Origin: Antedon mediterranea
Lineage: Eukaryota > Animalia > Echinodermata
Assembly: GCF_964355755.1 (NCBI RefSeq)
Contig: NC_092670.1
Span: 14,370,795-14,434,794, forward strand
Length of the DNA: 64,000 bases
Reading direction: 5' to 3'
The notes beneath the pieces are model-generated. The model made no database searches. It worked only from the letters and a program-made list of their open reading frames with translations, and was not told where the DNA came from. The position numbers were made by a program, and so were the translations under genes. This document shows, piece after piece, positions 1-11,600 of the stretch. Position 1 is the first letter of the stretch; every line of letters starts with the position of its first letter.

Positions 1-24
1 AATAAAGTTTTTAGTATCAACAAC

Positions 25-3000
25 TAGTGTAGGCCACTATGTAATTTCGTGTCATTTTTTTGTTAAAAGCAAAATTCCAGCTGATTTAGTGTCTTTAGGA
101 TGTAAAGTAATGAAAAAAATATGTTGCCATTTTTTTAAAAAAGCTTAAGGGTGTCAAATCCAAGATGGCCGCCAATACGTAAAATATCCAATAAATGTAC
201 CATATTGGACAAAGTAACACCCATTATGAATAATATTTTAAGTTCATATGGGTTCTCTGGTATATAAGAATTATTATAAACCTATATTCATTAGTATTCT
301 GACATTTTGAATTTCAAAATGGCCGCCATTTTAAAAAAATGGATTAAATTTCTTATTAAAACATGTGCAAGTTATGACGTTGATTGAAATCACATAAAAT
401 GATAGGCCTATGACAACAACATTGGTGATTAACACAAAATGGCGGCCATTTTGAATTTTAAAATGGCCGCCATTTTTTTAAATGGGTTAAATTTCTTATT
501 AAAACTTGTATAAGTTAAATAAAATTAGATTGAAATATACAAAATGATATGTTTATGACAACAACATGGTGATTAACACAAAATGTTGACCATCATTAGG
601 TCTACAGTACTGACAGTACACTTCTTCATATTAAAAGATCTCATAAACTTCTTCAGTTAAATGACAACTAACTCTGCCAAAGTCCTTCAATGAAATGATT
701 CTAATCTTGAATGCGATACAGTAAGTTGACCTTCCTTCATTCTCTACTACTGTATCCATCAAACTTCCACAGACTGATCTGCGTTCCCAACAACCTTGTT
801 CAGAAACAAATTGGCAAAATAACTGAAATACCTCATTCCACCGGCAAATAATCTCTATAGGAGTCTTCTTTTACTTTGATAAGTTTGTCACCTGTATTCA
901 CCGTCATATATATTTTTTGCCAATATTCGTCTTTTTCTTAGGATCCCATATTATATAGACAGTTTGCCTTCTACAAGACTTTTACCAATGCCTCAAACAT
1001 TTTCTGTCCAATTTCATCATGCCATGGCCAACAAACACCTTTGTGCGAATTGCAGAATTCTTCATTAATCGGGATATCATCTCTCTTTAAATGTTAACTA
1101 AATTTGCCAGCTCTGATGAAATCATTAATTTGTGTTATTCCAATGATACCACGCTCAATGACCCTGATCAATTGATGTAAATCCAGCAAGTCCCACACAT
1201 ACATGTCCTCTCATATACATACCATACTGTATATAGGGATATAGTTTAACCACATCATTTAGATTTCGTCGACTCTCTGTATTCAAGTTAATATCTTTAT
1301 GATCAGCCTCTTTCAAACAAAATGATACTTAACTTAGAATATTTTGGATTGTTTGTACTACCTTTTTTAATGTTTTTTATATTTTTATATTTCATGTTAT
1401 TTTTCTGAGTGAAACGCTTTTGTTAAACTTCAATCTTTCGACTGCAATAAAGTTCTATTCGTTTTCGTATTCGTATAAACTCCAATATCTGTAATTTGTT
1501 TCAGTAATCTGTTGAAATTGATAAAGCGGAAGTAACCGATTGAAATATTTGATGTGTACTTTCCATGGGTGCAGATATCGTTTTCTTGTGTCTCGGACAT
1601 ATAGGCCTATAGGGATATAGTTTAACCATATCATTTAGATTTCGTCGACTCTAGCAGCCTCTTTTAAACAAAATGATACTTCACTTAGAATCTCTTTCTC
1701 TGTCTGCATTTGTAGAAGCAAGTTGTAGAGAGAAAGCGGAATTAGTGTGCTTTTGTCCTTTAGAGATGTTTTCCATTTAAGATATTTGTGTCACTGGTTG
1801 TATAGGTAATACAAGTTCACAAAAGCACTTGCCTCAACACTATTTTCACAATGCTACATTTCCAAAAGCCATATAGTTCACCGGGTCGACATAATAATTG
1901 CTTTTTGATGTTATCTCTGTCCACCTCCACTCATCTCGGGCAAGAGTCATCACCAGGCATTCTTGTCTTTCCCTAGTACATGAGTTTTTATACCACAGCC
2001 ATGTGCACTCATCAAACCAGTGTATAATGCTGGTCTGTCTGTAGGGGGTACATATCTAATGAAATTGATTGAGATTGTAGAAGATGAGAAGTAGGAGTTC
2101 ATTCATTTACAAGGTTATTTAGGCAGAGCTGTATCTGTATTTCCTTCAAGCTTCTGCCAAAAGTTGACAGGTTGAAAACTTACCAACCATACTGGTGACT
2201 ATGGCCCTGAAGGAACAGACATTGAATTACATAGCAATAACGCATTTATTATTTAACATATTTATACAGGATTTCACAATAAGGTATAAATGCACTTGTT
2301 TTATATTGTGGTCCTGTCTCCTGTCAAGTTTCAGTTTCATGAAAAGAAATGAGATCTGTAATTTAGAATCTATATATAAATTATGGTTAATTCTGACATA
2401 GGCGAGCACAATGGAGAAACTTTGGAACAAATTTCTGCCTTGGATACCTACCTGAACTATCTCAAGTGTACCGCAAAATGTAAAACAGTTTTCACTATTA
2501 CGATATTGTTCCATATTTCTATCTTAGGAATATATTATAAAGAGTTTTAAAACAAAATTTCTGATTCATCGGTAGATTTTCAACTCAATTTCAATTGTAC
2601 GCGGTCAAAGTAATTTCCGGGTTCACGATGAGTTCACAGGTTCACCTTGCAACTACCTGGTTTCAGTTAAGTTGGTCGTTAGTAGCTATAGCTATTTTAA
2701 TTTTTTGTTTATTTTCGAATCGGACCGCGCGTGTGAAGGTACAGTAGTTAAAAAATAAAGTCCCGATAGCCGAGTTTTATTGAGTAAGCTGGCAGGAATA
2801 ACTGTAGGCTATCTGTGTGCCATTAGGGCCCATATTGCAAGCCGTCTAAAACATCTTCCTTCTTGGGCCGAAACGGCCTACGCTGTCGCGGAAGTTAGTT
2901 TCAAAAGATCTTTAAATTAAATAATGTATTATGATGGTATTTATTTGAATAAACGCCTCCCTAATAAAACATCACTTTGAATAATAATCGCCTACACCCC

Positions 3001-3673
3001 CCCCCCCTCCGCCTACCCAATTATCTAATAAACGCCCATCCACATTAATTATACACACAATATTGTTTATACTATTTATAATAGAATTCATTACACTGTT
3101 AACTATAATTTACCAAGCATTTGTTATAATTTTTTACCACTTTTCATATCTATTAGAGGATTTTATTTGATTATAAATGTTATGATATTATTAAAACTAA
3201 AAAATCCCTCGAATAAGCATCTCCCTCAAATGAACTCTGCCTCCCCACCTCCGCCCTATAAAACAATAAACACTATACTTTTTAGAACATTGTGTACAAA
3301 CAACAATTTATGCACACATATTTAAAAAAAATTATTTAAAGAATTTAATTTTTAGTGGCGGCCATTTTGAAATTCAAGATGGCCGACAGATTATCGCTTT
3401 ACATAGTTAGGATTGTATAATGGGTACAGTAATACCATCAAAACGGACTTGTTCCACATTCATAATTTGTATTATTGGTGATATTCTGATTTTTAATAGG
3501 GTTATTTGAATGTTGGCGGCCATCTTGAATTTGGTCCTTTAAATGTCTTTTGAAAAAATGGCAACATATTTTTTTTCATTCCTTATATTATCAAGATATG
3601 AAATAAAGTCAAAGTTTGCTTTTAACAAAAAATATACACGACATTCATATAAACGACATACCAGCCTACACTA
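25..3673 (-). mobile_element. Degraded Academ-like DNA transposon
   Basis: Imperfect ~150-bp TIRs TAGTGTAGGC...GCCTACACTA (25-180 vs 3510-3673), subterminal ATGGCCGCC repeats, and frameshifted transposase-like peptides on - strand near 860-1030 (EIGQKMFEALV, TVNTGDKLIKVKED). No clear TSD. Confidence 0.7.
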
Positions 3674-4162
3674 TAAAGTTAAACTTGAGTGTATGAATGC
3701 ACACAGCCAAATTGAAAATCAAATAATCTATATTTGTTTGATTATTTTTCAACTGTGTGATTCAATATTCTGAATACATTCTATTTTAGGTAAATTAATT
3801 AGTTTTCTTAAAAAGCTGTGTTTTTCTAAATCTAAAACCACAGACCATGAAGGAAATGAATACACAGACGTTTCAATTACCTCTTTTTACTTAACCTTGC
3901 TTATAGTGACTCTAAACAGCATGTTAACAATCAAGAAGTAAAACATAGTAGCACAAACATATAAATCTAACAAAGGACTAAAAATTGACAAAAATCGGAA
4001 AAACAAAAATGCAATGTAGAAAATTGTTACAAAAATATACTGAGGAATTCTAGATACAGTACTTGACATTGACTATTTGAATTAAAATTAGGAGAAAACA
4101 GAATAAAACAATAAATAGTACAATCCCAAAAAACACATTAATTTTTGACACAATCCACAGAT

Positions 4163-5100
4163 TAGTCTGGGTTCCAGACGGAGTTTTGTCTTAATATTAG
4201 TAAAAAGATAAATATTTTGGCACATATGGCGCTTCATACGTATACTACTTGATTTTGGATACTCCGTCTGGGGAAACACGCACAAGTCACGTGATTTGAC
4301 ACCAAGAATTCTTGGTGCATACGATTATCCGGTTGACTAGTTTCAGCTGCATGCGATTGGCTACTCACTCGTACACCGTTTTAATATTCATATTTCAGAA
4401 GTTCAAAGACTCAACAACTAAGATGGTGCGCATGCGCTATGTTTCGTTTAGACAACGTGTACTTGGTACATTGATGAAAGTTTCTGAAGGCTAGAAATGA
4501 TTTTATATGCCTATAGTAGTTTGGTAAACATTTGATGGGATTTTTCCCAAGAACATGAAAACTCGTCTTAGATAAGATAGGCTAGCTTCTCCGCAAATCA
4601 AACATTGAATGGATCATTTATTTGATTTAATTCCCACCCAGACACTGTCCTGTTCTGTGTAGTGTGTGGTGTAGCTTTGTTGTGTGCCGGTGGTATGTAG
4701 GCCTACTTTATTGGCGTTTTATTTGGCAGGTCATACGTGCGAGTTGAGTAGGACCTACGAAAGAGGCCTAGGCCAATGACTAAACAATTAATAAAAAAAC
4801 AACTTGGCAACACGATTTTATCAACAGTCTCGACCGTACATTCAGCACTGTAGGCCTACGTACTCGATCTTTTTCATTTTGAAACAAGATGATCATTGGT
4901 TGATTCGAAATCCATATTTACATACCGCCCGCCCCATATAGCCAAATACGGTATGATCACCTACGTCATTCTTATCGGATGTTTGCGGTCTGCAAATCGA
5001 TTTCTATACGCGTTTCACAAGTCTGTATTTTCAGACAAAAATCGCGGTCGCAATAAAAACAAATAAATAAAAAAGAAAATACAGACTTGGGGCAAGTCTA
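4163..5100. mobile_element. Non-autonomous DNA element with TAG..CTA ends and terminal hairpins (Zisupton-like, class uncertain)
   Basis: Direct repeat TCCACAGAT at 4154-4162 and 5101-5109. End hairpins GTCTGGgttCCAGAC and AGACTTGgggCAAGTCT, each with a further inverted copy a short distance inside. Confidence 0.65.
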
Positions 5101-5379
5101 TCCACAGATATACACATTTCTAAAAGATTGCTTTGTCTGTTTCAATTAAGGTATTTTTCATGTTTTAAATTGCTATCTAATATAAAATGCAAGTAGAATG
5201 ACCAAGATTTATGATCACTAATAAATATGGGATGAAGTAAATTCACTTGATTATTACATGTAATAATGTTAGACAACTTGGGTACATGTAAAGAGTGAAT
5301 GAGAGCTGTGTTTATGCAAAATTTGGTTAAACCCAATGCTGCTTCATTTAATTCACTTTGTGTCCAGAATATCCTTCTT

Positions 5380-7409
5380 GGGTAGTAACAAAGTGCGAGG
5401 CAGCGAGGCACGCGAGGCAGGGAAGGCATGCGAGGCAAGTCAGAAATTTATGCGAGGCATCGTTTTACCATCATCAAAAAATGCGAGGCATCATTTTATC
5501 ATTTCTCAAAATTGCAAGGCAGGAAATCACCGAAATTGAAGTAGCCTAGGCCCGCTAGGCTAGTTTCCTTTTGCACCTGCCTTGTAATTTAACCAAGGCT
5601 TTATCCTGAATACCACAGCTTAGAATTAGGCATACTTTAATGAAGAAAAATCACATAAAAGTAACAATAAATCCATTAAATTGGTGATTTTACAGACGTT
5701 GTTTTTCTCGCATTTCGCACACTCAATGTTCAATATTTTGGTTTCTATGGAACGCCAAAAGAGCAAAATTAATTAGAGGGCTAAAAACTCTGTGGAATCC
5801 ATTTATATTTAACGCATTATTTGGTGAAAATCAAGTACAATTTCAATAGATTTTGTCACTGTCAGTAAGGAAAAATGTTACTGTTGATAATGTACACGGT
5901 TTCGTTAACCTTTTAAAGAATAAAATAGAAAAATTCATCATAATATCCTTAGTAGGATGTCCTAGGTCTAGACTAGGTAGTGATGTTGATTTAGGATCGA
6001 TTATTATTCTTTGAAAACAGAACAGTATCAGCAGTAACATATTACAACATTTTTATTGACAAATTAACAAATATATTGAAATAAAACGTGTTTTTCACCA
6101 ATAAATGCATGAGAAATTGACGCATTCCACTGAGTTTTAGTCCTCTATTATCGTTGCTCTTTTGGCGCTCCATAGAAACAAAAATATTGAACATTGAATA
6201 AGTGAAATTCGCGAACAGTGTGCGAGAAACACGCCTGTAAAATCATTAATTTAAGGATTTATTTGTTACTTTTTATGTGATTCTTTCATTAAAGTACTCA
6301 TGAGGTATACTTCTAAGGTGTGGTATTCACACGATAAAGTTAGTTATCAAATTTGGAGTAAAAATACAAGCGAAGGAAACTAGCGCCAGGTTTATTAGTA
6401 CGTACATGGACAACAATAAATAAAAATCGTTCGTAATATACCTAGCTTACTAAAACAGGAATAGTGTATCATTATTAAATATTACACCAATTATTATTTT
6501 ATCAAAATTGATTAAATTATTTTCTACATAGGCCTTTATCTAGGTTAGGGCTAAGCATATTAGCTAAAGTTTAATTTTAGGCCTAGTATTACAATTGTCG
6601 GACGTAAGTCTTTTTTCACACGCGCTCAAGAATTCTGTCGCAATTTTTTTCTTTGCGGCATGTTATTGGATCGGCATATCAGTTACCTTTTATTCACCGC
6701 CAGTTATTGAACTTGTCCTGGCAATCGCTGTTCACCTTATTTGCGAGAGAGGTACACGTGTTGTTCCTAGAGAATGGAATGTCAAAATGTCTTTGGCACG
6801 CCGCTCAGAGAGAAGTCTGTGCGTTGCTGCTGAAACCACGTGCTATAGGAGGGGAATGCACCACAATCCTCTGAGCTGAGGGCTGAATCATTCCGCTACC
6901 TGCTAAATAGTAAAGAGGGATTTTCCATCTCTCGGGTCTACCGGATCTAGGCGCAGGGGTGTGACAAAATATTATTTTCACTCTGCTATGTTCGAGAGAC
7001 ATGTGAGTGAACACGCTCGAAATGCCAACAAACATTGCAGTCATTTGATGAGTGTGTCGCTATAACAATTATTGTTTATCGAAAGTTGAAGACTGTCGTT
7101 CAGATTTTTTAACCGTAGTTTGGGCACTTTTGTAAAAGTAAAATTTGACACGATATGACTTGAATGAAAAAACAATCGTTACATAAAAATAAACAACATG
7201 ATGAGTGTATACACGAATCTATTTAGATACGCTTGTATCGATTGATTATTAGGCCTATAATATAGCATAATAGCACGTTAAGATATGCCTCGCACCTTTT
7301 TGAAATTGTAAACTATATGCCTCGCACTTTTGGAAATGATAAAATGATGCCTCGCACAAATATTTGGCATGCCCCGCGTGCCTCGCTGCCTCGCACTTTG
7401 TCAACACTC
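5380..7409. mobile_element. Non-autonomous Mutator/MULE-like element
   Basis: 9-bp TSD ATCCTTCTT (5371-5379, 7410-7418); G-starting TIRs sharing ACAAAGTGCGAGGCAGCGAGGCACGCG, with GCGAGGCA subrepeats. Confidence 0.85.
5560..6383. repeat. Long imperfect inverted repeat (~270-bp arms) inside the MULE; probable nested foldback element or MITE
   Basis: 5560-5830 (CTAGTTTCCTT...TTGGTGAAAA) is the reverse complement of 6092-6383. Confidence 0.7.
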
Positions 7410-8327
7410 ATCCTTCTTGCTCAGATTCACACATTGTAGATGTTAGAGTTGGTATCGAAACTGTCTTCCAGACATGTAGTTTGGCACTTGTCGATGAACC
7501 AACATGCCTGTTCCCTGCAATTCATAGAAAGCTCTTTGACATTTACCTATTCTATTCCTGACATGCATATCGCCCTTAAGATTAACACCCAATTTAATGC
7601 CCATGTACGTGACGTCACAAGCACATGCCAAAATACTGCTATCTAGGTACAATTTAGGATTTTCAATAAATGGTGATTTCCCAAATACGTTTTTATTAGA
7701 TTCAATTTTTAACCAATTAAGAAAAATTAACAACATCAATTCTTTTCTGAAGACCCACAACAAATAGACTTAAAACAAGATCATCCTCATAACAAAATAC
7801 ATTGTAAGAACAGTTGCTGACTGCTATTCTACTATTAAGCTTTACAACTATTCAACTAGATCTTTGTAAAATAGATTAAAACGAGTACCTTTTTTGAAAT
7901 GTATATATTTCTGCCGATGAACTTTATTTTACCGTAACATGTTTGTATACCAGCTGTACATACACCTTTGCCAGCTGTTTTAATTATCTTTATAATTATT
8001 AGACATGTTCCTTTACAATGAAAGTAAATTTGTCTCTGATTTATATAACTTTTATATAATCGGATTGTAAATGCTTAATTAGGTTGTTTTTCTCTGTTGT
8101 TTCTCCAATTAGGAGAGTCTGTTTATAGCAATATTTGTATTGCTAGTTGACAATCCGCCAGAATGGTGTCCTAGGTTTTTGTATTGTTATGCATCATGTA
8201 TGCTTTTTTTTGTGTTAATTATGTTTTCTGGAAAATAAATAATATGAATATGAATATAGATAATAATCATTTATGAAAATGTTTGTTCTACTTTTAGTAT
8301 TCTAAAATATTTCCATTTTGTCAATAG

Positions 8328-8612
8328 ATAATGAACCTCCAATGATTGACTGCCCAACAAATGTCACTTCAAACAATTACATTGGAGAAGTTTTTGGTTT
8401 GATAAATGTCAGTACAGATATAGGAAGTCTAAATGCCACGGTGACCTGGGATCCTCCTGTGACAAGTGACAATAGTAATGGAACAGTGACTGTAGTTTCA
8501 TCACCATTTGAGTCAGGTGACATGATACCGATTGGTACTCACACAATCACTTTTACAGCAACTGATTTTTCTGAAAATAATGACACTTGTAAATTTTATT
8601 TCGAAGTTGAAG
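8328..8612 (+). CDS. HYR exon 1 (type P)
   Basis: tag|AT...GAAG|gt, 285 nt, DNEPPMIDCP...CKFYFEVE. Confidence 0.9.
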
Positions 8613-11600
8613 GTAAAGTATAAACCTTTTTTTTATAATTTAGACAATTTTGAAAATAGAAAAATCACTTTCACAGCAACTTACTCATCAAAAAGACTTA
8701 CAAAAATAGTGACATTTGTGTCATTAATCAGCTACAGTGACAGGCTATGTCTACTCCAGTCCTGAAGCATTTAATTTATCCATCCTGCATTTAGCCAGTC
8801 TATCTTTTTGATGCTTGTGAAATATAAACTCTTTCTTTAACCAAATGTTTTTAAATCATTTATATTGTTTACATTGATATTATTATTATTGTCTTTTTAT
8901 TTTTATTATTGTGTCTTTTCCCATTTGTTTACTTTTACAAGAAAGTAATATATTATGAATAAATTATACTCGTAATATGTTTCTTGTTTTAATCAGTATA
9001 ATCATACAATTTAAGGGCAACTACTGAAGACATAAAATATGAAGGTAAAACCTCCACAATTGAGATACATAAGTGAACAACTAAAGAAAAGCACACATTT
9101 TTTAAAGAAAAACAATTGATATTTTTTTTTAAATTATAGCATTTATTGCAATGATTTTGAATTCAGTATGCTTATAATCATACTGTTATCAAATCAAAAT
9201 TTAAGTTAAGTCTGTTTATATTTTAGATGTGGAGCCACCTAATGCAACTTGTCCTTCCGTGGTTGCTGGTGTGACTGATCCTGGAAGTCCCAATGGCACT
9301 GTCAGTTTCAATATTACTGTTGTGGATAATGTTCTAGTTTCCCATTTTGAAACCAAGTATGCATTGGTCTACCCGAGCAGTAAAACCATTGATATGGTGT
9401 CTTATGACTTTGAGACTACTGCTGTATTTCCTATTGGAGAAACTATCATTGAATACACATTTTATGACAATGCTTCACCAACAGCCAATCAAGAATCTTG
9501 TTATGTTACGGTGGTAATTAAAGGTACGTTTACTCTTTAAGTTGAAATAAAAAATTGTTCGTACAGGTCGGTTTATGCACATGTTTACTACATTTAAAAC
9601 TTGTTACTTACCTATAATAATCCTAAGTTATATTATTTCTTAAACTGAATGTCATAAAATGATTTTATTTAAGTAGATTAAAGCAAACTTTGAGTTTATG
9701 AGTTTATTTTAAAGTTAGATATGATATCTTTATAAAAACAATATAAAAAATGTAATATAATATCTTTAGTAGAAAATGACTCTTTGTCATACTTATCATA
9801 AACGCTAAATAAATGCTAAGCCTACATTTTAAAAGGTGTATACTGTATTTCTTTATGATTTACCATAGGCTGCTATTACAAGTTACAATAATTATTATTA
9901 TTACGGTAGTAAGAAAACGTATAAATACTGTAGTATTTCAAACAAGCTACCTTCTGATAATAATGGAACGATCCATTTGATGGTCTGGTTTACTAGTTTC
10001 ATTTTGGAACTAGAAAACTCAAGTCTTGATATCTGAGTTTTCTATATCTAGGAAAGTCAGATATCTGAGTTTTTTAGATCTAGAAAAGTCAGATATCTGA
10101 GTTTTCTAGATCAAGAAAACTCAGATATATCTGAGATCTGAGTTTTCTAGATCTGAGTTTTCTAGACACCCTCTTTTCCTCTTTATTTCACTTCATGTAA
10201 GATTTAACGTACTGAATCCTGAGTTAGATATCTTTAACAATAATTTCAATATTTGCAAAATTATTAATAGCTTGTAGTATAATATTTATGTATTTTAACT
10301 GCGTTACGTCCTGTAAAGCCTGGTTTCCATAAAATTGCTACACGACAGAGCGTAGCGATTCTATGGAAACACTAGAATTTATTGGGGATCTAGTACGCGA
10401 GCACTAAATATTCTTTGGTACGCGTCTACGATTCATCGCAGACAAAATATGCAAAGTTGAACATGGTTGAACTTTGCCGATTTGACTGCGATGAATCGGG
10501 GAGCCTTTCCGATTGCGTCGGCGACATATGCACGTGTAGCGATTTTAATGGAAACGCTGTAGCGACGCTGTAGCGATTTTATGGAAACCAGGCTTAAATG
10601 GTGAAATCTGAGTTAACTACGTAACATTCCCAGAAAATGCTGAAATAAAGATGATATTCAAAAACATACATAGACATTGTTTAATCAACTTTGTTTAGCC
10701 TGGTTCCATAGAATCTCTACACTATCGCTACTCATCTTTAACACAAATCTGGCATGAATAATATCATACAAAATAGCAAAATTAAACTCACGCCAGATCG
10801 TCACCGACGAGGTGGTAGAGTTAAACACACACATGTTTGTCGCAGACAAGTTAGTAAAGTTAAAATGCAAAACAGTTTTTTGCGGACAAGTTGGCAAAGT
10901 TTAACCTGTTTAAACTTTACCAATCTTTCTGCCTAATTCAATATTTCTTATCAATTGCTGTGGGTGATGTGCGTAGCTGCAGCATATTACAATGGAAATT
11001 AGTTAAAGCTTGTTTTGATTATGGGACATGTAATAAAATAAGCTTACTTTTTGTATTTTTCTTAGTTATTCATATTAACTAATAATTCTTTTAAAAAGAG
11101 GTACAGCATTGTCCCTTAAAACATGAATATGCCATTTTACATTTTTAATAAAGTTATTCACTTCCATAAAAAAAAGGTAACAAAGGTAATGGTTTGACTT
11201 ACAAAAAGACAAACATATTCTGTTAAATTTTAAACAACTATTGTTTGCTATACAGTTGTTTACTGTTTACAAGAATTGTTTGTAATAATTATGCTCACTC
11301 TAATATTTTAATATATTAAACTCAACCCTGCTTCAGTGGATTGAAAAATCAACAATTTAATAGTGGCTGTAAATCATATTTACTGATATAAAATAGAAAA
11401 TAATAGTTTCCTCATTACACCTTTAGATGATGAAGAACCATATATCATCAACTGCCCAGTGAAAATTATTATTGTTAACACAACAACTGGCGAGGCATTT
11501 GCAATCAATATCACATGGTTTGAACCGTCAGCTACTGATAACTCTGGAGAGACTCTTGTACCAGTATCAGACTACACTTCTGGTGATAATATGTTTGCAA

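Larger units (their letters stand above)
5110..7640 (-). pseudogene. LINE ORF2 C-terminal remnant interrupted by the MULE
   Basis: YMGIKLGVNLKGDMHVRNRIGKCQRAFYELQGTG (ORF 7443-7763, -) continues beyond the insertion as AALGLTKFCINTALIHSLHVPKLSNII (ORF 5142-5438, -). Confidence 0.6.

Noticed and set aside
1229-1692. Local duplication (1229-1340 vs 1607-1692) inside the first transposon
   Set aside because: Real but appears to be internal decay of a dead element.
7650-8260. Possible LINE 3' end with AATAAA and (AATATG)n tail; similar tails at ~1440-1480 and ~55670-55740
   Set aside because: Too degraded to call; AATAAA here is not evidence for a polyadenylation site of the HYR gene.
10685-11082. 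Duplicated ORFs (10754/13643, 10891/13858; also 41773/46235)
   Set aside because: They recur only because the introns were duplicated; no domain features or coherent splice structure.
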